A stretch of DNA of 64,000 bases from Podarcis filfolensis (lineage: Eukaryota), in assembly GCA_964270895.1 (NCBI GenBank), contig OZ185437.1, one strand, 5' to 3'. Position numbers and translations under genes: made by a program. Numbering within the stretch: the first letter of the stretch is position 1; the number at the start of each line of letters is the position of its first letter. This document shows positions 15,305 through 28,100 of this stretch, piece by piece. The notes under the pieces were generated by a model. That model was not told where the DNA came from, ran no database searches, and saw nothing but the letters and a program-made list of their open reading frames with translations.

Positions 15305-15445
15305 GAACAAGTGAAGCGTTCTTACACTGAGTCAGACCATTGGTCCATCTAGTTTAATACTGTCTACACTGATTGGCAGTGGTTCTCTACTATTTGAGGC
15401 AGGGATCTTTCCCAACCCTATCCAGATGCCAGGGATTGAACCTGG
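15305..15445 (-). mobile_element. tRNA-related squamate SINE fragment
   Basis: cttacactgagtcagaccattggtccatctag...gatgccagggattgaacctgg (reversed B-box). Confidence 0.7.
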
Positions 15446-15922
15446 CTAAGACAACAAAACAAAGGATAGAGGGAAACAGAGACCGACACAGTATAAGGAA
15501 CTGTACGGAATATTAAATTGATCATAGAAGTAAAATACATGTTTGCTATTGAAACAAACGGAAAACAATTTCAAGCTCTAAAAAAGAGGGTTTTAAACCA
15601 CCATCTCGTTATATTTTTGCCCCATTTTAATCAATGCCTGGTACCTCCTTTTTATGAGCAACATGCTTTAATGATTTCCAGAGGGGTAGCCATGTTACAG
15701 CACCATCCCAACCATGTCTACTGAGAAGTAAGTTTTGTTGAATTCAGTGGGATTTAGTCCCAGGCATGTGAGGTTAGGATTACAGTAGTCTTGGTCTCTT
15801 TCAGGAAAAAAATAATAAAGAGTTGTGGCCCCCAAGGCTGATGTGACTCAGATACATAGTTCAATGAAATTCTAAACCCAGAGTTTATTTTCTTCTGTTT
15901 CTAGGCCTTTAAGCATGTCTGT

Positions 15923-16141
15923 ATGAAGTGTGTAGCTGCAGCGCTATTAGCCACGGAAAGATCTACAATGACCACAGCTGACACAATACACGCACCACAC
16001 AGTGTTAAAGAATGGCATTTGGAAAGCTTAGGGTTGCTTGCAGGAGGCACAAAGAGCCTGGATCAAAATCAGACTACAGAAATTTTGAAGACACGGTTCA
16101 GTACTTGGACACCTATTGAAAACAAATCTCTTAACAATCAG
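15923..16141 (+). CDS. ECT2L: ECT2L coding exon 1 (acceptor at 15903-15904; start codon uncertain)
   Basis: ...[21 protein letters not shown]; CAG|gtgagc. Confidence 0.85.
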
Positions 16142-19100
16142 GTGAGCTGCAGTCACACATAATTCATTTAATCGTTGTGCTTTCGGCCTTCATTGTACTC
16201 CTAAAGCTTACACACACACACACACCCTTGCATATTGATTCATACTTTCATAATTTGAGTAGGAAGGACTTACATGTTTTCAGATATATATTGATGTCAT
16301 TGCTGCATAGGTGTGCCTGCCAGCTGATGCCTTCAAATTCTGGAGTGACAGGAGTTCTGACCACTAATCCTTGGCCTTGCCTAAACCTATCCCCACTCAC
16401 TAAGTGCAATATCACAGCACTTGCTAAGTTATGAAATGTCAACAATGATGCCCGCTGCAGGTCAGGACTATCTGAGGCATCTTTGAAAAGTGGTATCTAC
16501 ATCGTAACTTATAATCTACTTGCTATAATTGTTACTGAGAACCAAATAAAAGAAATAAAGGCCTTTCCCACGGACATCCACCTACAGTAAGAAAAGGTCC
16601 CAATGGGTGCAAGTTAAGTCTCTACAGCAGCCTCATCTGCTCAGACATTTCTATTGGAACTTCCATCAGTGATGTATTCATAGGTTAATGGGCTGCACCA
16701 AATAGCTCCCGACTTCTGCCTGTACAATGCAAACATATGGAAGGAGGATTTGCCAGAAAACTCCCTTGGGAGCAAGTCCTTGGCTCTTTTGTCTCCACCC
16801 AATGTTTCACTCTTTGTGTCTCAGAATGGGTCCAAATAGTAACCTCCTCACCCACAGAGAAACAAAGTCCTGCCAACTGCAGGTTTTTACATGTTCTTTA
16901 ACCCCTTTAAAGGGGATAGAAATACTAAGTCCCGTTTTGCAGCCATTTTATGCCTCCTTCTGTCTCTTCACAACAGCAACAATAATTTTTTATTTATATT
17001 TTTAAAACTTATATCCCACCCATCCATCTGGGTTTCCCCAGCCACTCTGGGCAGCTTACAACATATAAAGCACAACAAAACATCAAACATTAAAAAACAA
17101 GGTATCCTATACAAGCAACAAACAAACCAAGAAATCAATAAAACCAATAACAATAATAAACAGTTTACAGTTACAGTGGTACCTCGGGTTACAGACGGTT
17201 CAGGTTACATACGCTTCAGGTTACAGACTCTGCTAACCCAGAAATAGTACCTCGGGTTAAGAACTTTGCTTCAGGATGAGAACAGAAATCGTGCAGCGGT
17301 GGCGCAGCGGCAGCAGGAGGCCCCATTAGCTAAAGTGGTACCTCAGGTTAAGAACAGTTTCAGGATAAGAACGGACCTCCAGAACGAATTAAGTTCTTAA
17401 CCCGAGGTACCACTGTATACCCAAATTAAAGTAACCACCAACCCCAACTAAACATTTAACTAACACCAACCCAACAAAAATGAAACAGAGGAACCAAAAT
17501 TAGAACCATTTAAAACATTTTAAAGCATTTTAGCCAGTTGCCCACAATAATCATGCGAGGTAGGTTAGGCTGACAATTGGTGATGGACCTAGTTTAGGAA
17601 GTGAGCAAAAACAATGGGAAGTGATTTTAAAATATGTAACTGAAAATGCTGAGAGTTCCCAAAACGTTTTTTGTTGTTGTAGGCTAAACGTTTTGAAGCA
17701 GCACATGCTCAAGAGACCTAAAAGAACTACACTGGCTCCCAATACATTTCCAAGCACAATTCAGAGTGTTGGTGCTGACCTTTAAAGCCCTTAACTGCCT
17801 CAGCCCAGTATACCTAAAGGAGCATCTCCACCCCCCATTGTTCAGCCCAGACACTGAGGTCCAGCTCCAAGGGTCTTCTTCTGGCTCCCTCACTGCGAGA
17901 AGTGAGGTTACAGGGAATCAGGCAGAGGGCCTTTTTGGTAGTGGCACCCTCCCCTCAGATACCAAGGAGATAAAACTTTTAAAAGACATCTGAAGGCAAC
18001 CCTGAATTGGGAAGTTTTAAATGTTTTATGTTTTGCTGTGTTTTTGTTGGAAGGTGCCCAGAGTGGCTGAGGAAACCCAGTCAGATGGGTGGGGTATAAA
18101 TAATAAATTAGTAGTAGCAGTCCATGACAGATTACGTAGTAATAAATCTGCCAGTCTTTAAGATGCCTCAATATGTATTTTCTGGTACCTTATTTCATAC
18201 ATTCCATTTTGGAGGGAAAGAGGGCCCTGTTTTTGGAATTGCACCAGTCCCCCAATCACCTCCACACAAAGGCCTATTTGATTTTCTCTTTTTTTGTGTC
18301 TATGTGGCAGTTGCAGGCACACTCTCAAAGGAAAGATGTTTAATGTCCAAATTAGATGGGGCTCATTCTTCTTCCCTCAGAAAAGAGATTGAATGCTCCT
18401 TGAGTTCGAAGCAATGGGACAGTAACACTGACGGGATTTCATAATGGTGCTTTCTTGCCACAGAGTTGCACTTCCTAGAAATCCCCAATGAAAGGGAAGT
18501 TTACAAAAGATGACTTTATGTCAGGGTGTGAAAGATGAGTGCCAGGGAAAACACTGTGTGATGGTGGGAGCTGCCCTTTGAGAGAAACCTGTGATTTCCC
18601 CCCCCAGCTCTTTCAGGAAAGAGTCAGACTGATAAGTCACTGGTTTGACCTGTGGACGGACAAGCAGCGCAAGCAGTTTCTCCATGGCATATTGATCAAG
18701 TGCAATAAGTCACAACTGAAGTAAGTGAGCCACAAGTTGTTTCCCAGGCTGCGTTTTGTGAAAAGAAAAAATAGGCTCCACAGTACACCTCCGGCAAAAT
18801 GGATCTTTAACTCAAGCCAGGCTGACTCCAATGCCATCATTGTCCGGGGTTCACAGAAAGCGAAACACTTACCCGTACGCATCCAAATGCAGGAGCTGAG
18901 ACCACATTGTGTTCTTGCAAATGGGTACTTAAAATTAAGGCCTATGTATTACAACAGCAGAACTGCCTGGTGAAATGCATTTTGACAGAAAACAACTTTT
19001 GTGTTTATAACAATTTTGCAATAAAGCATAGCAGCCTTCTTAAACAATGCAAAATGCCTATTTATTTCTGTTAATGCTTTGAGAAATCTGTCTCTCTCAC

Positions 19101-22100
19101 ATGGCCAGTAAAATATGAGAATTAAGATATAACGATGGCCAGTACATGGGACCTTTTTCTTTTCTTTTTGCACGACAGAAAAACTGCTGCTAAGACTGGG
19201 CTGGGGAAACTTTACTCCAACTCCTATCAGCCTCAGCCAAGCAACACCAATAATAAGGGATGATGTGAGTTCGTAGTTCAACATGTGAGTTTGTAGTTCT
19301 GGCGGGCTAGAAATCCCTCCTCTCTATAAGATTAGAATAAGCAGGAGTCCAAAGCTTGCATTTGGCTTTGGCCATGAAGCTTCATACAGTAGTGCTAATA
19401 ATTCTTCCAGAAATGGTCTTCTGTGAATTTGTAACTTGTGAAGCAGCCTTAAATTTAGAAAGCCACAAGCATGTAGTGAAGCTGCTTTGAGCTTCTCAAG
19501 GGAACAGTGGGGTGTATGTGTCATAAATACCTACAGAGTTTTTGCCGTGACCCGCAATGACTGGGTTGAGACATAACTTCAAACTGTAGTTTGCTTTTAT
19601 GTCTGAACCCAGACTTGCCCGCAATCCATGGTTTATTTGTAGACGACAAACCAGAACCTGAAACCACTGTGTTGAAGTTAGTTTGTAAATTACAGCTTGT
19701 GCTAACTGTGGATTGGTGTTGTGTCAGTTCAGAGACCATTGACAAACCACAGTTAAGGTGATTGCTCTGCCTCAAGAGGCTGCAGCATTGTAGAGATGGA
19801 AAGCAACTTATGAAACTAAGTGCTGAGCAGACAAGAGAAATCAAAACTATGCTTTGTCTGTTATGTCTGGAAGTTCAGACACTGCTATGTCTTCTTATCC
19901 AGAGTTACTGAAAACCAGTTTCACCCAACATCAGAATCCAGTCCAAATCCCACTGTGCATGACACAGTAAGCCAAACTATGACTTACTGGGACCACTGTA
20001 AAATGAAGTTTCCTGAAGAGGAGCTTGTAGCTGCTTTGTTCCTGCTCGATCCTTTTCCACCTTGGCCCACAAAATTTGCTTTGCCTTATGATGTTGTCTG
20101 GCTTCATTTGGCTTACTGTGCCACGCAAACACGGCCAATATCACATTTATATTCTCCTGAGTCTCCTGGCAATAATTCTTCTGGATCTTTCCATAGTTCC
20201 TGAAAGGTGGTGATCAGAACCTCAGCAGAGGGTATTAATAACCACCCACTTAGGCCTGTCCTGTTTCACAGGTTTGCTGAAAGATGGTTTGTAGAGAATA
20301 TCCCAGTGACCAAAGTGGATTTCACCACTGTACTGCCACGTTTCATATCTTTGTACATATTCTCCTTTCTCAACGCTAAGGACCTTTGTGCAGCAGCCCA
20401 AGTCAGCTGGCATTGGAAGTTCTTAAGTGAACAGGTAAGCTTTGGGTCTGTATCTCAACTGGGGGGAACCTCAGGCCTGGTGGCCAAATCTGACTCTTCA
20501 AGCCTGGGACTCTCACCATACATGCACTCTGCCTGGCCACTCTCTCTCTTCCCTGGCCATCCCTTTTGCATCCTCTTTGCCTGTTTTTTGCCTTGCTACG
20601 ATGTGTCCTTAACCTACGTGAATGCCTTTTTCTTGCTTCAAGGATAGAGAAGTGTTTGGAGAAACTAGTCTACTGTACAAAGATAACATTTACATCCATT
20701 GCTCTGCCCTCTTCCATGTGGCCTCCAAACAGTTGCACAGAAGGGAATGTGGCCCTCATCCTTGGTATATATGATCTTCACCAGAGCCAAAACTACATTT
20801 TGTGTTTGGTGCAAGAACACTGTAGTCCTCTTCGGGCATTTAGGATATCTGGGATATTGCACATGTGAGGGAGGGCTGTGGGGATGAGCATGCTAGATCT
20901 CTGACCCCTATCATTGTTGCCCTCTGCAAGTTGGGAAATTGCCCCACTTGGGGAGCCTGCTTCTTCTCAAGTAGGCTCCCTACATGTGTAGTCCCTGGAA
21001 AGTTAGGGCTTCTCTGTATGATCCTGGACTTCAGTATAAACTCTGAAGATGTGAGTCAAGGTAGCATTTGGCTTAATTGTACTTACTTGGAAAAAAAATC
21101 TTCTGCTGCTTCTCTTTTTTTTGTATGTGAGAGTATTTTAATATTGAAAATCACCTTGTGGGGGCTGTGCGCCCTGAAAAGTGGATTTAACACACTTTTA
21201 AATAAGTCACACTTTAAGATTCTTGGATGTTTAGACAACATTTTCCTTTTGAAAACAACCCTCTGTTTTTTACTTCCCTACTCAAAAGGATTGTCTGTGG
21301 ATGCCAAAATGCATTTTGTTTGGATGGTTTCTACCATACTTTCCTGAAAAAAATGAATATAGTGCTTGGAAACAACATTATATTGCTTGTGCAACTGACC
21401 TGGATTACTTAACTCCGAGGGAAGTTGCTGGGTCTTATGGAACACTGAGTGAACCTAAACCAGAAAATGAAGACCAAAAAGAAAAACTACATGAAAGATG
21501 TCTGCGGAAAATTATGAGAGAGAGATTGACTGTATGCAAAAGTAAGTTGGAAGAAATTGTGACTTGATTCAGTTAATGGGACTTATTTCTGAGCAGACAT
21601 AAGATTGCATCATAAATCTATCCTCCAAGGACTAATATTTAAAAAACAAAACAAAGCAAACCAGCAAAATAATATATTACACAGGAAAGCAGTGAATGTT
21701 TGGTTGTGTGATGGATCTTGTTTCTTGACACATGTAGCAAAGTGCTAAGAAAGTTAGAGCACCACAGTGATGAATAAGGCTTGTGCACAAGAGCGTGGGT
21801 GTATTCTCAGCCAGTTCTCATTTTCTTCAATGGGACTTGCAGGGTAGATGTTGTTAGATTGTCCTTTAGAGGTTGCATGAGTGGCAACCCCTGTTCCTCT
21901 GAAAAGCTTCTGCTGTGATATTACTCCATCCAGTTTTGGACAATTGTTCTGCAAACCTACAATGTTTAGCAGGTCCTCTTGATCCCCTGGGAAGGGCTAC
22001 AGCAGGAAAGACAGGAAGGACAAGATGACTTCCAAAAGCAGCCTTCCACTCATGCAACTGTTGGCTACAACCCTTAATTTTTAATGGTGTACCTGTACCA

Positions 22101-25100
22101 CAGTGGTGTTCCTTCTAAGCAATGTTTACATAGTGGTTTACCCCTAAAGAAGCAAATGGTCTGAACAATTACAGTAAAAAAAATTGAAAGAATAATTTAA
22201 TAAATAGTATTCTTCATTTGTTATACTTTTTATATGAAAATTAAATATGAGAATATGTGGAATTCTGGTTTTGTTAGATGTGGTTTTCTGACATGCATAT
22301 ATGCTACAGGTATATGAAGTGAAAAAACACAAGCATGTGCTTGTGACATGAGGTTGGCACATGGATTCAAACATGTACATACCTTCTATTCAGGTCTGTA
22401 ATGTGTGCAGCAACTCAGGTTAGCTTAGCTACAATCTATACCCAGCTGCATAAAAACTTTTTGAACCAGTTGAAATCATCCAGTAATTGGGGAAATGTAC
22501 ACAGGTAGCTTTCAGAATGTTATGTGCCTTTTGAAACATCTGGGATTAAACAACATTGCCCAATGGTCCTTTTCAGAGGAATTAATCAAAGCTCGCCCAC
22601 CTTGGAACTCGGGATTTTACAGATCTGGATTTCAACCAAAGTTGCCCCAGACTGTCTATGACCGAGTTAGATCAGCAGCAGCATTGTTTCTAATGAAGGT
22701 ATTTATTGTTCCATCATGTGTTGCTATTGTTGTTTCTGTTTCAGTGACACATGACTTGAGTCTTGTCTCTGTCAGTTCTCATGAATGAAGCTCAGTGCTT
22801 GAATAGGTGAAGAATGCATTTCAGGAAGGCCAGCAGTGGAGGCGCCAGCCAAGCCCCAGACCTCCTGCCCTTCCTCCTTGCTGACACTGCCTGTTTATCT
22901 GCCCTCATTGAGGAAGCAGCACAAGGAAGAGTGACTCTGCTTGATTTGCCCTTCCCCCCTTTGGGAGAAATCTGTGCTGCTCTAACCCAGAGGAAGAGTC
23001 CAGGCAGCAGGAAAGATGGAGGGCAGACCAGTAATAGCATCTTGCCCAGCAACCCCCCACCCCCCCAAGCTTCTACAAAGTACCTTTTCTTCTTCACAAG
23101 TTAGCACCTGGAATCTGAGAAGCAGAATTTCCTTCCTTTTAATTTTCAAAGCATGGCAGTATCTCTAATATGTATACAGTGGTATCTCAGGTTACAGGCA
23201 CTTCAGGTTACAGACTCCGCTAATCCAGAAATAGTACCTCGGGTTAAGAACTTTGCTTCAGGATGAGAACAGAAATCACGCGGTGGCAGCATGGCGGCAG
23301 GGGGAGGGCCTATTAGCTAAAGTGGTACCTCAGGTTAAGAACGGTTTCAGGTTAAGAACGGACCTCCAGAACGAATTAAGTTCTTAACCTGAGGTACCAC
23401 TGTATTTAAAGGTTGCAAATCTAGAATGTATGATTAAAAAAAAGAGTTGTCTCTGCAATTAAATTCCAATACCACTTCCCCAATAAATTGGAGACTGTAA
23501 ATATTTCACATTATTTCCCCCTTTGTGACTACCATGACCACAAAGCATTGCTTGATATCCTATTCAAATTACAGCTTTGAGGAACCCAGTTTAGCATACA
23601 GGGGTTTTGTTTTTCTTTTAACAAGGCCTCTTATTCGATTCTATGAGAGAATCATAGAATTCTGTGATTCAGTGATTGATATGACTACAGACATCACAAT
23701 CAGGGGAAGATTATAATATATACTTATTTGATTTCAACCTCTTAGCAATCCTGGCTGGTTAGACCGAGAGAAACTAACTTTCCTGAATCTCCTCAGTCAG
23801 TTTCAAGCTCGACTGCAGAGTTGGAAAAGGGAGTCTCCAATAAAAACACCAAACCAGGTTCAATGTTGCTGCAGAATAATTGTTGACCCAATTGGCATCC
23901 CTCTGCGGCTGCATGTACTTGAAAAAGAAACTGCAGAAAGATCCAATTGCAGTTTTTAAGTGTAAAGTGATACACTTGGGGTAGGAGAGAGAATCCCAGC
24001 TTCCCATAGACACAGATGGGATCTGAACCGGCAGAAAGAATGGGGAGGTACCTGATAAACAGAATGTTCATCACCCATGATGGAGGATAGAAGCTTGATG
24101 CTTAAACTGGGTGCTACCACCTCCTGCTCTTTCTCATTTAATATTTTCTCTCAATGATTTTAGAATGGAACACCTGCCCCGAAGGAAATGCTTTTCAAAC
24201 ATATTTCTGCAGATGCTAAATCTGTGCCATGCATTGGTCTGGAAGCTGAGATACTTCCAAAAACGTAAGCAGGATTCGAGATTTCAGAATATCTGTCTTA
24301 ATACACAATTTTTAAAAATAATATCACATAATCTGTATCTATGTTCACACTGAAACTGAATAAAGAAAAATGTTTAAAAGGGGGGTATCACATGTTAAGA
24401 ATAGAAAAGTCCCAATCATGTGGCACAAATTAATTCAGCAATTAGCTGTTAGTGCAATCCGAAATGCGAACTAAATGCATTTTTTTTGTCTTGCCTGGAT
24501 AGAGGCATATTGGTGAATTTTTGACTGTGTTTACATTTGAGAGACAATTATAAGTAAGAAATGTGAGGAAGACCAGACCCCAAAATGTGTGTGAGTTATG
24601 GTCCTACTGAGGGCTTGTTAAAATGTAGGCTGGCAATGGGTCTTTGTGCCTTCTTATTCCCTCTGCAACCAGTCTGCATGGCTGTCTAGCATATGTAATC
24701 TCATGTTTTCATTCTGTGTATTTATCATTAAAAACCAGTAATTCTTTATGTCACTTTAACCTTAAGTTTCACTTGTATTCTTATAGAAAGAAGGCTGATG
24801 GCAGCTGCTCTGCTCCTGTCTTATCTCACAGACTTCATCGGACTGTTTTACAAAAGGACCCTAATGAAACACATTCCCCTCAGCTACGTCTTATCTTGAT
24901 ATCATCCCATGTTCCTGCTTATGAGGTATTCTCATTGTCTTATTTACAGCAAGTGAAGTTAGGACTTTGTAAAACAGTAGTTTTGAACGATTCATAAAAT
25001 CTGAATAATAGTTTGAATATCATTTAAATTCCTTTAATGCTTAGTCATAAAATAGTAACGCAATGTTCAAATAACCAGGAACAGGGTTTTTTAAACTTAG

Positions 25101-28100
25101 CGTAATGCATGAAAAGCCCGGTACCTTAACATTAGTATAATTCTCAAAGACCAATTTCCATCCATGTTTTCCACTTTTGCTGTTACTTTTCTATTCAGTA
25201 TTGTGTTTCTTTGTTATTTTTTAGATGATTGTGGACAGTATTAAGCCTGGAGTGATTCCTGTAGTATATGATCATAGTGGCACAACCTTGGAAAGCCTCC
25301 TTTATTGTGTAGGAAAGGCCTTGGGTGGCCAAATGGCAAAGAGTATTGGGATTATTACTGATGGAGACTCCAGAGGAATTAACCTGCTTCAAGGTGGGAT
25401 TCACTTAAAGTAGTTAAACACTTGAACTGAGCATATCACATTTGGTATTGCAGAGCAATATTGCATGGAGAAAATAAATGAAATTAGCAAGTTTCCTTTA
25501 CTTTAATAAGTCTTTGGCAGTAGGAGCCTGTTTTGAGATATGTTGTATTAAGCGAAGAAAGTCTGACCTGCGCATTGTTCTGAATGTGCAGAATGATTTT
25601 CGCAGAATATAGTTCCTTCAGAGAGAAGGTGGCAAGTGCTATATGAAATACAACTGTTAAAAGGAGAAGTCTGAACGGTTTACATGATTAATACTGGCAC
25701 TTCACCCCTGCAAATGCCCCTCCAGTCCAATATTTTACCAATGTATACATTTAATAAGATGTCCTTAAAGGAATACAGTTGTTATCTATACACTTTGCTG
25801 CTTTTCTATTTATTGGTTATATATATTGGTTTCTATTTATTGGCTTGTCCACACTCTGCCCATTGGCACAGAGCTGCCCACAGAGGTCTTCATTGGTTGG
25901 GATCTTCAGGGCTCCCTCCCCCCACTGAAATTAGGCTTGCAAGAAGCATTGTGTTGTAACCAACAGAATGGTGCCCACAACAGTTTATCCAACTTGCAAA
26001 AAGGTTGGTGCCTCATTATTAGGTAATATTTACTGTTTATGGCATAATCTATGATGTATTTATGTATGATATGAGGTATTTGTTCATACTATTGGTATGC
26101 TATTTATTTATTTATTCATTCATTTATTTATTTTAAAAAACAGATCACTTAATAAAAACAGCAAGCCCCATGTGGTGTGCATAAAACAGTAAAATATCAA
26201 TAAAATGCAATTCAACAGAATTTAAAAATATACATGACTGATTTATATGACAACATAGACTTGATTAAACCTTAAAAAGGTTTTCACAGGTGCATAAAAG
26301 GGAACAAAAATGGTGAGATATGTTTTGCATGATATATATAACATTACATTATAGATGTGTTTTTAAAAAATCCTAATGGATAGTTCACTTTTCTGACTTA
26401 TTTAATTTCTTTAAGGTTGTAGCGTCAGTACCAAGAACCTTCTTAAACCTGAGGTGATAGAATTTTGGGCAAAGTTAAGAAGCTGTGTGATGCATCAGGA
26501 AGGTGGTTATATAGACATCTTTGTCCCTCTGGCAGCTTCAGGTCAGTTCTGTTGGCGGCAATGGCTGGTCCTTCTATGTTACTTATGAAAAGTCTAGTCA
26601 ATAAGAAAACCCAATTCTCTGACATCCATATAATTATACTCATTTAGTGGCCACAGCATTATTTGTTCCCACCACACAGAGTAGGAGCAAGAACTATGTG
26701 TAGGATTAATTGGCAGTTAAAATGGCTGAAGTATTTGTTGGTTACAGCTCAGAAAGTTTGACAATGGGTGAGAATCTAGACATTGGCTGGCCTAAATCCA
26801 GGCTGATACTTTCCCAGCTTGTGTAAAGGAATAACATAGATGGGAGTGGCAGGAACCTCCTGTCCACCATGACGCAAACTGATATACTTGGGTGTGTTAC
26901 TGGTGTGTCATCTCCTAAGCTGGCCAAGACTTTGAAACAGCATCCCAAGGTCCCTTAAGTGTATTCTCCAGTGGGGAGTGAGGCAGCAACCCAGTTCTCC
27001 ATTTTACTTGAAGAAATAATGTCCTGAATGTAATAGCAGCAATGTTAGAGGATTAGTTAAGAAAACTGTAAATGGTCAATGAATCTATCTTGCCTCACTT
27101 CTTCAACTAGGCAATGTAGACTGATATTGGAGTAAGTTTTAACAAGCAACTTCTTGACTACTGACTGATAAATGGGTAGATTCTTACCCTCTTGAAGATT
27201 TTAACAAAGTTTAGATTTTCATGGCCACTAGACTAGTAAAAACCTATAATGTTTTATATGTTAGTGATGTATAATTGCCAGGGAAGGTTAGATCAGTTCC
27301 TTCTCTGTCTGGGTTTCATTCTGGTAGGCTTCTAGTTCATTCAAATTGTAAGCTGTGACTATTAAAAAAATTGTTTTATGCTGGTTTATATAATCTATTG
27401 GTTGGATGCAGACTTTGCTTCCACTGGCAAATGGAGGTGACTTTTGCTGATTTCCCCTTGCCCTCTGTAGCAATCATTGACATCTCCTGCATTGACATAT
27501 CCTGGGATGGGAGATTGTGCTGTGGGTTGGGCTGAGGTAGAAGCGCTTGTGAAAATTGCCACCATTTTCTGACAGAGGGATGTCTGCGATAGAGTAGAAG
27601 CCTTCAGTGGACAGGACACTTTCTGTCTGCGGAAGATGAAGTCTAGATCCAACTCTTCATTGTTAATATATTGAAGTTTAGTGTTGTAAACCACCCTGGG
27701 GTGCTGGTTGTAGCCAAAAAGCAGTTTTAAAATATTTGAATATTACATGACCAATATGAAATATGTAATTTTGCAGAGGAAGGAATAGAGGTCCTTTCCC
27801 AGCTGTCTTATGTAACTGGACTGTTTTTCCGAACTCCTGCAGGAATAGCAACCGGATCATATCAGCACAGTAAGTGAAAACTACTATACATATGCAGAGT
27901 TTGCATAAAGTATCTGATTTCAATGCATATTTTAGATATATTAGGGCCAATCCTATCCCCCCTGTGGTCACTTGGCCACAAGCAGAGGCTGTAGCAGAAA
28001 TGCTGGCATCCCATCACAAGCAAGGATGGACAAACTTTTAAATGCATTTGTAATCTCCACCGCCACAGATTCTTGCAATGAGCAATGTTGCCTTGGCTTT

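Noticed and set aside
15685-15698. GTAGCCATGTTAC as an RFX X-box for ECT2L
   Set aside because: Imperfect match and the ECT2L start site is unknown.
20207-21347. 146-aa plus and 160-aa minus ORFs
   Set aside because: The first is ECT2L exon 3 with intronic read-through; the second is Leu/Phe/Cys-rich intronic noise.
23746-24052. Exon-looking segment in ECT2L intron 5
   Set aside because: No acceptor/donor pair gives an open phase 0-0 exon; exon 5 joins 24164 directly.
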